From Candidatus Omnitrophota bacterium (GTDB lineage Bacteria > Omnitrophota > Gorgyraeia > JAHJTE01): a DNA stretch of 64,000 bases. A program made the translations under genes and the position numbers. Positions 57,343-64,000 of the stretch are shown here, piece by piece. Location: contig JAHJTE010000003.1 in the NCBI GenBank assembly GCA_018830005.1, positions 7,674 to 71,673 on the forward strand. Direction: 5' to 3'. Each line of letters opens with the position of its first letter. The first letter of the stretch is position 1. A model generated the notes under the pieces. It saw nothing but the letters and a program-made list of their open reading frames with translations. It had not been told where the DNA came from and did no database searches.

Positions 57343-58776
57343 TTAACTATTATTCCTCTTCGACTCCCAGATTGTTTTCACCTTACTTTTTAAATCATCA
57401 CTAGAGAAAGGCCATACAGTGCGGCCATAGAGCGCCTGCCTAATCTCCTGATAGGTCAAATCATTGATCCTAAAAGGCGGGATCTTATTGTCGATTTCCA
57501 AATAATAACGCATTAATATTAAATGTTTTTTCAGCATTTGAGGAAGAAGAAAATTTCTTTTTACATACTCATGAGCCTCTTTTCCCATTTTCTTGCGCAT
57601 CTGACCATCTTCTATTAAGGTCTTCATCCCGCACGCAACAGATTTTCTGTCATCAGGATTAACAAGAAAACCATTCGCTCCGTGTACAACCTGCTTCTGT
57701 ATGCCGCCGACCCTGCTTCCGATAACCGGCGTAGCGTGCCAAAGCGCCTCGGTGACAACAAGCCCAAAGCCTTCCTTGGTGGAAATATGTACAAAACAAT
57801 TTGCAATTGACATAAGCGAACCAATGACAATATCATTATTTTCCACGTTTAGAAGTAGATGAATATCCTTATCATCTTGGGCCTCCTGAGATACCTGGTT
57901 ATACATATCTATTCCCTCGGGGTCATCTGTAGCACTATTACCTACAATTATAAGAAGTGGTTTTAACTTCGCTGATATATTTTTCTTTAGCAGTTTAAAT
58001 GACTGAATTATGCCCTTTTGATTTTTATGAATGTCATAGCGAGAGACGGCGGCAATTATCGGCCGCTGCGGATCGATATTATGCTTATTAAATAAGTCAC
58101 TTAAATTATTCAGCGCTTCTTTCCTGGAAAATAATTTATTCTTAGCCCGCAGTGGATCTATTGAGGGCGTAATTTCATAAATAGGAATCTGAAGATTGCC
58201 TTTAGCAAAATCTTTTGTGCTAAATATCGCTCCTTCGTATTGATTAATATAAGGCAAGAGAAATCTCCAGATACGTCTGCTTGCATTAGAGGTATCAATG
58301 TGGCAGCGCCAGATAATATGTCCATAAATATTGCCGTACATGATGAGCGCTGCTGGCTGCGGGTCGTGGACAGTAACCATGTGACCAACTATTTTTACCT
58401 TTCTCGTATTTTCACTTAGGGTATCTAAATATGCGTGGAAGATTTCCTCTAAGGTTATCGGCTGATCAACTCCCTGAATTAAATTATGGAATTTTTTGGT
58501 CACTGCGAAAAAGTCAGGACTGCCTTCCAAAACAAACCAGCGACAATCTATGCCTAGACCTCTTGCCAAAGGTATAACTCCCTGCAGCATCTCAGCAACT
58601 CCTCCTCCTACAAATGTTGAGTTCACATTAGCCCATACCTTGCCAGAAAGAGGCTCTGCTAACCATCTCAGCTCATCAACAAAGTGCTTGCCTGAAAATT
58701 CTTCATAACGTGAGATATCTACAGGCTTTAAACGAACATATTCGTTCTTAAATTTCCTCGAACGATCATCAAACAT
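57343..58776 (-). CDS. treT: TreT-like trehalose synthase (GT4 glycosyltransferase)
   Basis: VNSTFVGGGVAEML, TKKFHN, HDPQP, WRCHID, SRYD..K, EGFGLVVTEALW. Confidence 0.85.
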   Translation of the reverse strand: MFDDRSRKFKNEYVRLKPVDISRYEEFSGKHFVDELRWLAEPLSGKVWANVNSTFVGGGVAEMLQGVIPLARGLGIDCRWFVLEGSPDFFAVTKKFHNLIQGVDQPITLEEIFHAYLDTLSENTRKVKIVGHMVTVHDPQPAALIMYGNIYGHIIWRCHIDTSNASRRIWRFLLPYINQYEGAIFSTKDFAKGNLQIPIYEITPSIDPLRAKNKLFSRKEALNNLSDLFNKHNIDPQRPIIAAVSRYDIHKNQKGIIQSFKLLKKNISAKLKPLLIIVGNSATDDPEGIDMYNQVSQEAQDDKDIHLLLNVENNDIVIGSLMSIANCFVHISTKEGFGLVVTEALWHATPVIGSRVGGIQKQVVHGANGFLVNPDDRKSVACGMKTLIEDGQMRKKMGKEAHEYVKRNFLLPQMLKKHLILMRYYLEIDNKIPPFRINDLTYQEIRQALYGRTVWPFSSDDLKSKVKTIWESKRNNS

Positions 58777-58930
58777 GTATCCTCCTTGAATCTATAACAA
58801 AAGCTATTAGATTTTATTTTACCTTAGTTTTAAAAAATGTCAAAACACAAATGAAAAATTTAATTACACAGATTATTTCAAAGAAATTTAAAAATAGACT
58901 TTTCTATATTTTTCTAATAGAATGATACCT

Positions 58931-59908
58931 ATGTTAAGAATCAGAAATTTAAAAATAGAGCCTGCGTTAATTTTGGCACCAATGTCAGGCATAAGCGATG
59001 TCCCGTTTAGAAAGATCATGAGGAAATTCGGCGTGCATCTGGCCTTCATGGAGATGCTTAATGTCAGGGCCCTACCATGCGCGAGGCAAAAAATTGATAG
59101 CTTGTTTAAACTTGAAAGTAGTGACTGGCCAGTCGGTATTCAATTATTAGGCACTGAAGAAAAATTTATTTTAAGGGCCTTAGAGATCCTCCATAAATAT
59201 AAATTAAGTATTATTGACTTTAATGCAGCCTGCCCTGTCAGAAAAGTAGTACGGCGTGGCGAAGGCGCAGCGCTTCTAAGGGAACCTAAAAAGCTATACA
59301 GGTTATTGAAGCTAATTAGAAAAAATACAGATTTGGCGCTTTCAGTGAAGCTAAGAACCGGCTGGAGTAAATCTTGCGTTAATGCGGTTGATATTGCAAG
59401 CTATGTCCAAGATGCAGGTCTAGACTGCATCTTTATCCACGGAAGGACAAGAGAACAGAAATATAGCGGTAATGTAGATTATGAAACAATAAAAAGAGTA
59501 AAGAAATCTGTCTCTATTCCCGTAGTTGCAAGTGGTGATATATTCTCAGCAGCTCTTGCAAAAAAGATGTTAGATGAAACCGCTGCTGACGGGCTCCTCT
59601 TAGCACGTGGAACGCTGGGACACCCTTGGTTGTTTAAAGAAATAAAGACGTATCTAGAAAGCGGCGTTGTGCCTAAGCTGCCCTCACTCGCCCAAAAATT
59701 CAAGGTTATCTTCCAACACCTTGATTTTTTAATTGATTTCTATGGAGAAAAAACAGCCTTAATTAAATTTCGCAAATTTATAGGCTGGTATCTTAAGGGT
59801 GAAAAGAATATCCGTGCAATCCGAAAACAAAGTAGTCAGATAAAAACCAAAAAAGAATTATCTAATCTGTTAAATAAATTCAGATTAATAAAAAAGGAGC
59901 TCAAATGA
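58931..59908 (+). CDS. dusB: tRNA-dihydrouridine synthase DusB
   Basis: LAPMSG..D, DFNAACP, VKLRTGW, HGRTREQ.YSG, GD; start moved to the second ATG because the first lies inside the -10 box TAGAAT. Confidence 0.92.
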   Translation: MLRIRNLKIEPALILAPMSGISDVPFRKIMRKFGVHLAFMEMLNVRALPCARQKIDSLFKLESSDWPVGIQLLGTEEKFILRALEILHKYKLSIIDFNAACPVRKVVRRGEGAALLREPKKLYRLLKLIRKNTDLALSVKLRTGWSKSCVNAVDIASYVQDAGLDCIFIHGRTREQKYSGNVDYETIKRVKKSVSIPVVASGDIFSAALAKKMLDETAADGLLLARGTLGHPWLFKEIKTYLESGVVPKLPSLAQKFKVIFQHLDFLIDFYGEKTALIKFRKFIGWYLKGEKNIRAIRKQSSQIKTKKELSNLLNKFRLIKKELK

Positions 59909-60468
59909 ACAAGAATGCGCTGATTATATTAGCGGATGGTTTTGAGGAGATTGAGGCGATTTCAGTGATTGATATACTGCGCCGGGCCTTTATCCACATA
60001 ACTGTCTGCGGCCTAGATAATATCACCCTGACAGGCTCGAGGAATATAAAAGTCCAAGCAGATATGAAACTCGATGACTTTAATGAAGATGTGGATGCCT
60101 TAGTCTTGCCTGGAGGCTCAAAAGGCGCTGATAACCTTTCTAAGTCCAATAAAGTTAAAGAATTAATCCTAAGGCTGAATCAAGAAAATAAGATAATCGC
60201 TTCGATATGCGCTAGTCCAGCGATTCTACTTGCACCACTGGGGATTTTAGATAAAAAATCAGCAACATGTTATCCGGGAATGCAAGATAAATTCTCTACT
60301 AGTACAAAATATGAAGAAAAAGATGTGGTTATAGATGGTAATTTAATAACGAGTCGCGGTCCGGCAACGGCAATTTCCTTTGCATTAAAAATTGTCGAGA
60401 AATTAACTAACGAAGATAGCGCTGAAGATATAAGAAAAAAATTATTGGCTCCTAGATATGCCGGATAG
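59905..60468 (+). CDS. DJ-1/YajL (ThiJ/PfpI) family protein
   Basis: DGFEEIEA, LPGG, SICASP, ATCYPG, TSRGPATA. Confidence 0.93.
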   Translation: MNKNALIILADGFEEIEAISVIDILRRAFIHITVCGLDNITLTGSRNIKVQADMKLDDFNEDVDALVLPGGSKGADNLSKSNKVKELILRLNQENKIIASICASPAILLAPLGILDKKSATCYPGMQDKFSTSTKYEEKDVVIDGNLITSRGPATAISFALKIVEKLTNEDSAEDIRKKLLAPRYAG

Positions 60469-61293
60469 GAATTCGAATAAGCAGATTGAAAGATCCTTAC
60501 TATAGCCGCCTTCTAAGACACAAAATTTTGGCTTACCTAACTTAGCAATCAATTCACCTATTATTCTATAGCTAGTCTTATCTAGCTTAATCCCTCCTAA
60601 GGGATCTCTTGCGTAGGTATCAAAGCCAGCAGAGACAGCTATTAAATCTGGATTAAAGTCGCTTGTAATCTTAAGAGCATTATTGAATACGCTAAGATAC
60701 TCGGCCTCTTCGGTTCCCGCTGCCAGAGGAAAATTATAACAATTCTTATCGCTCTCCAACCCTGTGCCAGGATAGAGCGGGCTTTGGTGCAGCGAAAGAT
60801 AAATAATGTCTTCTGCTCCCTTAAATATATCCTCTGTTCCATTACCGTGGTGACAATCAAAATCAATTATGGCTATTCTCCTGCCCTCACCGCGCATCTT
60901 CTCTACAGCGATTGCAATATTATTAAAATAACAAAATCCACCCAGGCAATCACGTGTTGCGTGATGTCCTGGCGGCCGCATAAGAGAAATTGAGACGCCA
61001 AATTTGATACTGAGCTCTGAAGCTAAAATAGCAGCCCCGGCTGAAAGTGCTGCATATTCGAAGATATTAGAAAATGCTGGCGTATCAGGGTCGTAGAATT
61101 CCCCGCTTTTTACCTCCTGCAATAATTTAGCGCTGTGCACCCTAAGGATATCTTCCTCAGAACAAGAACTAGGTTCAATAAACTTGAAATCCTTGCTCTT
61201 AAGAAGCTCGTAACAGCGCTTTAGCCTCTGGGGAGATTCAGGATGTCCTGCCTGCTCAAATTCAAAGCATTTTTTTGAGAAAATAATTTTCAT
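60442..61293 (-). CDS. Zn-dependent histone deacetylase-family protein
   Basis: HPESP, RPPGHHA, GFCYFNN, DFDCHHGNGT, SAGFD, LEGGY; 27-nt convergent overlap with the DJ-1 gene. Confidence 0.94.
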   Translation of the reverse strand: MKIIFSKKCFEFEQAGHPESPQRLKRCYELLKSKDFKFIEPSSCSEEDILRVHSAKLLQEVKSGEFYDPDTPAFSNIFEYAALSAGAAILASELSIKFGVSISLMRPPGHHATRDCLGGFCYFNNIAIAVEKMRGEGRRIAIIDFDCHHGNGTEDIFKGAEDIIYLSLHQSPLYPGTGLESDKNCYNFPLAAGTEEAEYLSVFNNALKITSDFNPDLIAVSAGFDTYARDPLGGIKLDKTSYRIIGELIAKLGKPKFCVLEGGYSKDLSICLFEFLSGISRSQ

Positions 61294-61323
61294 CGCTAAT
61301 TGTCTTTGGAAATAAGCTGTCTA

Positions 61324-61443
61324 AAAAATAAAAGAGTAGCTCTAGATAGTGAAGGATTGCACTACTTCTTTATCCTTGCTACTCTCTTTGCGTCCCGGCT
61401 GGAAATCTTAACTCTTTAGGAGGCTTGCTAGTTAAGACTTCAG
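61324..61443 (-). ncRNA. Candidate two-hairpin structured intergenic RNA / attenuator
   Basis: Stem GAAGTCTTAACT/AGTTAAGATTTC, then a long stem AGAGTAGC...GCTACTCT and a T-rich tail. Confidence 0.4.
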
Positions 61444-61454
61444 GAAGGCATGCT

Positions 61455-61709
61455 TTATTCAGTTACCTTAAAAACAACATCATTCTCGTGAACCTTGCTA
61501 GTAACCTTGATACCAACAGAATCCCCTGCATTTGCCTCAGTTGCATCTTTATGTTCTACCTGCATAGAATCGACTGTCTGCTGGAAATCTTCTGAATGCC
61601 CCTTAATATGGATTGCATCACCTACTTTCAGAGAATCCGTAAGTTCAATTATTGCTACACCTATCTTACTAAAATAATGGCTGATCTTTCCAATCTCTTT
61701 CTCTGGCAT
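61455..61709 (-). CDS. Small 'translation elongation factor-like' beta-barrel protein (EF-Tu domain II / peptidase U32 C-terminal like)
   Basis: IGKISHYFSKIGVA...LKVGD.IHIKG...V.SMQ...AGD.VGIKV; SD AAGGAGG before the ATG at 61709. Confidence 0.8.
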   Translation of the reverse strand: MPEKEIGKISHYFSKIGVAIIELTDSLKVGDAIHIKGHSEDFQQTVDSMQVEHKDATEANAGDSVGIKVTSKVHENDVVFKVTE

Positions 61710-61736
61710 ATTCACCTCCTTTAATAAGCCTCACTT

Positions 61737-62261
61737 CTATAAATCACTAACAAGCTGCCTATATTTTTCATGTAAAATAGCCTGATCAAAATCGCTAAAT
61801 CTTTCAAGTATGATCTTCTGTTCAGACTCACTAAATAACTTAATTGACTTAGGGAAAAATACTGACTCTTCTTTGCCTTCATGCAATTTTAAAAGAGAAT
61901 GGTAATCCTGGATTAAAGAATCCAACTCGTAAGAATCAGCAAAATCGCCTTGCTTAAATTGTTGATAGAAGTAACACATCTTCTCCTGCATCTTCCTAAA
62001 ACCTACATGCTCAAGCTTTAACTCTTCCATTAAATTCTTTAAATCAACTGATAGATTCTTTAATTCACATTCAGCGAAAAGGATTCTCTCTTCCTTACCA
62101 TGATGGCCAAGATCAGCATAAGAACATAAAAAATCGATAAATTGACTTAGGTCTTGCAGGCAGGATTTATCTCCTCGCCAGTCCTTAGATTTATTGAGCA
62201 TTTGAACACCTGCACGCTCAATCAACTTATGTTCGATTACCAGAAATTGGATAGGACTCAT
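61737..62261 (-). CDS. Hemerythrin (HHE) domain protein
   Basis: EHKLI, HHGKEERILF, EH, H..KEE.VFFP. Confidence 0.85.
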   Translation of the reverse strand: MSPIQFLVIEHKLIERAGVQMLNKSKDWRGDKSCLQDLSQFIDFLCSYADLGHHGKEERILFAECELKNLSVDLKNLMEELKLEHVGFRKMQEKMCYFYQQFKQGDFADSYELDSLIQDYHSLLKLHEGKEESVFFPKSIKLFSESEQKIILERFSDFDQAILHEKYRQLVSDL

Positions 62262-62317
62262 AGAGACTATTATACTCCTTACTTAAAAAAATACACAAGA
62301 AAAAAATACTTGGCATC

Positions 62318-62346
62318 TTGAAATATTACTCTGGCTATGGCATACT
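62318..62346 (+). promoter_or_regulatory. Plus-strand sigma70-type promoter with no credible downstream ORF
   Basis: TTGAAA-17-CATACT. Confidence 0.5.
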
Positions 62347-62351
62347 TTATT

Positions 62352-62438
62352 CGGAAACAACAGGAGGTATCAAGATAGCGCAAGCTATCAGGTTTATCAC
62401 CTACAAAAAGGCCTCATAATCTATGGGGCCTTTTTTGT
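62352..62438 (+). ncRNA. Candidate ~85-nt small RNA
   Basis: Upstream promoter, GATAGC-GCAA-GCTATC GNRA hairpin, AGGAGGT with no start codon, ends in a terminator. Confidence 0.45.
62403..62438. terminator. Bidirectional intrinsic terminator
   Basis: AAAAAGGCCTCATA-atc-TATGGGGCCTTTTT(T); A/T tracts on both sides. Confidence 0.75.
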
Positions 62439-62439
62439 C

Positions 62440-62991
62440 TCATACTAGCTTGGCAATGATTCCTGAAAGGACAGCTACATCTTCCGTAGAAAAAATATCC
62501 TCTATACTACTGTCAAAAAGGATGTTGGCTTCAGCGGGAAATTCCTCATCCTCACCCCAGAGCGAAATCATGACTGGAACGTTTCTGAAGGCCTCAAGCA
62601 CAATAGAACAATCGCTGTATTGTATTTTTTTTCCAGGAAGTCTTTCTAAACAGTCCAGCAGACTACTGGGGGATTTGCCATACTTTCGGATAATCGGATC
62701 AATTGTCCTCTTACGGAATGCATCGTAATAGCCTTTGCCTCCGGCAAGTTGCTGAAAACTAATCCAGTTTTCCTTAATCTGAGGCAGGCCTTTTAATTTT
62801 TGAATAAGATAGTGCAAGATTAAAATGCTTATATACTCGGGAGAGACTGCATTGCAGGATAAAGAAAACACCTTCCTCTTATTGGTGTCTATCTCGTACT
62901 TATCAGCCAGGAATGCCGTATTGATTTTTTCTTCTCTAGTAAGCTGACTTACTTTATCCCAGGCATTCTGAAAAGCTACATCATAACCCAT
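62440..62991 (-). CDS. DUF3786 domain protein
   Basis: ILILHYL, WISFQQLAGG..Y..AF, P.....W..DEEFPA...ILFD, EDVA. Confidence 0.82.
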   Translation of the reverse strand: MGYDVAFQNAWDKVSQLTREEKINTAFLADKYEIDTNKRKVFSLSCNAVSPEYISILILHYLIQKLKGLPQIKENWISFQQLAGGKGYYDAFRKRTIDPIIRKYGKSPSSLLDCLERLPGKKIQYSDCSIVLEAFRNVPVMISLWGEDEEFPAEANILFDSSIEDIFSTEDVAVLSGIIAKLV

Positions 62992-62994
62992 AGA

Positions 62995-63942
62995 TTATTT
63001 GGGCTCTATCTCTTTTAAATACTTATAATAATCGCTGTCAGTTGTCAGGATTATAGTGCTTTTATCATCAATACTTTCAGAATAGGTCTCCAGCGTCTTT
63101 AAAAATGAGTAAAATTGAACATCTTTATTGTAGGCATCAGCGTAAATCTTAATTGCCTCAGCATCAGCCTCTCCTTTAATGACTTGGGCCTTTTTATAGG
63201 CCTCTGAGGTAATCTGCTTTAATTCTTTTCCAACTTGACCTTCAATCTCTGCCGCTTTACCTTGACCTTCGGAACGATATTCTTCTGCAGCGCGTTTTCT
63301 TTCGGCAATCATACGTTCATAGACCTTTTTGCGCACATCTTCAACGTAATTTATTCGCTTTATGCGCACATCAACCAGCTCAATACCATATTGAGGCGCT
63401 AATTTGCTCGCCTTCATCAAAATCAACTTATCTAATTCTTCTCGTCCAAGTTTAATACGCTCCAGTGCCTCCTCTGGAACAGAGACATCCTCTTCTAGCT
63501 TTTCGCTATCCAGGATACGATTTGTATCTCTGACAGCCTCTACCAAGAGATGACTGGTGATAACATCACGCGTTGCGGAATTGATAATGTCATCCACTCT
63601 AGCATGAGCAGCAAGCTCATTACCAACTGCCTGCAAAAAGTCTAAGGCATTAACTATCTTCCAGCGCGCATATGCATCCACCCAGATATATTTTTTATCC
63701 CGCGTAGGAATCTGATTAGGGTCACCATCCCATTCTAATAACCTCTTTTCAAAATAATGTGCCTGTTGAATTAGGGGTTTCTTAAAATGTAGTCCAGCCG
63801 TAGTTATAGGTTCGCCTACCGGTTCTCCAAACTGGGTTATAACTACCTGCTTTGTCTCATCAATAATAAAAACCAAACCTGTAGCAAATAAACCGATTAT
63901 TAAAATCAACAAAACTCCTGCGATATTAACAAAATTTTTCAT
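62995..63942 (-). CDS. hflC: Protease modulator HflC
   Basis: N-terminal TM; TQFGEP, PT.DKK, VD.YARWKI, YGIELVDVRIKRI, YERMIAER, FYSFLKTLE. Confidence 0.93.
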   Translation of the reverse strand: MKNFVNIAGVLLILIIGLFATGLVFIIDETKQVVITQFGEPVGEPITTAGLHFKKPLIQQAHYFEKRLLEWDGDPNQIPTRDKKYIWVDAYARWKIVNALDFLQAVGNELAAHARVDDIINSATRDVITSHLLVEAVRDTNRILDSEKLEEDVSVPEEALERIKLGREELDKLILMKASKLAPQYGIELVDVRIKRINYVEDVRKKVYERMIAERKRAAEEYRSEGQGKAAEIEGQVGKELKQITSEAYKKAQVIKGEADAEAIKIYADAYNKDVQFYSFLKTLETYSESIDDKSTIILTTDSDYYKYLKEIEPK

Positions 63943-64000
63943 TGCTTTGCCTCCCCGATATTCAACAACGGCAAAATAGAAGATTGCTTCGGATCTATTA
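63939..64000 (-). CDS. hflK: 3' end of probable HflK (truncated by the window edge)
   Basis: Frame reads IDPKQSSILPLLNIGEAKQ*; ATGA overlap with hflC; ILPLL-type C-terminus. Confidence 0.6.
   Translation of the reverse strand, partial: IDPKQSSILPLLNIGEAKQ

Noticed and set aside
61330-61390. AAAGAGAGTAGC resembles the 5' end of the yybP-ykoY riboswitch
   Set aside because: The UCGUCA loop and 3' GCAAGACCUUU elements are missing, and the downstream gene is not a Mn transporter.
61386-61396. GGGACGCAAAG (minus strand) matches the core of c-di-GMP-I riboswitches
   Set aside because: There is no preceding GNRA-capped hairpin or GGYAAA, and no downstream CUAA receptor stem; the flanks are used by other hairpins.

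Overview
AT-rich chromosomal window from a diderm bacterium, probably an anaerobe. The gene content resembles PVC-superphylum / Ca. Omnitrophota, which is inference and not shown directly. Almost all genes lie on the minus strand. Left part (1-20 kb): uppS-cdsA-dxr-rseP, an OmpA/MotB-like lipoprotein, a three-gene membrane glycosylation cassette, a serA-(probable Re-citrate synthase)-purA-hppA operon, def, and a MarR-TolC-RND operon that has no periplasmic adaptor gene. Centre (20-51 kb) is a large type IV filament locus with a duplicated motor and assembly platform: 2 PilB/GspE ATPases, 2 PilC/GspF, 2 PilM-PilN fusions, 2 PilO and 2 PilP/MshK-like proteins. It also holds a GspG/I/J/K-like pseudopilin set, a separately transcribed MshA-like major pilin inside a TMTC-type glycosylation cassette, and a signalling module with no transmembrane sensors (GAF-HK-degenerate GGDEF, PAS-HK, two REC proteins, GAF-ANTAR, REC-GGDEF-MshEN). 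No secretin, PilT or prepilin peptidase is in the window. Right part (51-64 kb): an isolated, highly divergent L27-like gene, CDF, MATE and Na/Pi transporters, a tandem zinc-finger protein, TreT, dusB, DJ-1, HDAC, hemerythrin, DUF3786, hflC and the 3' end of hflK. There are also several candidate structured non-coding RNAs. I saw no tRNA, rRNA, CRISPR array or transposase. All calls come from reading motifs by eye; no searches were run.
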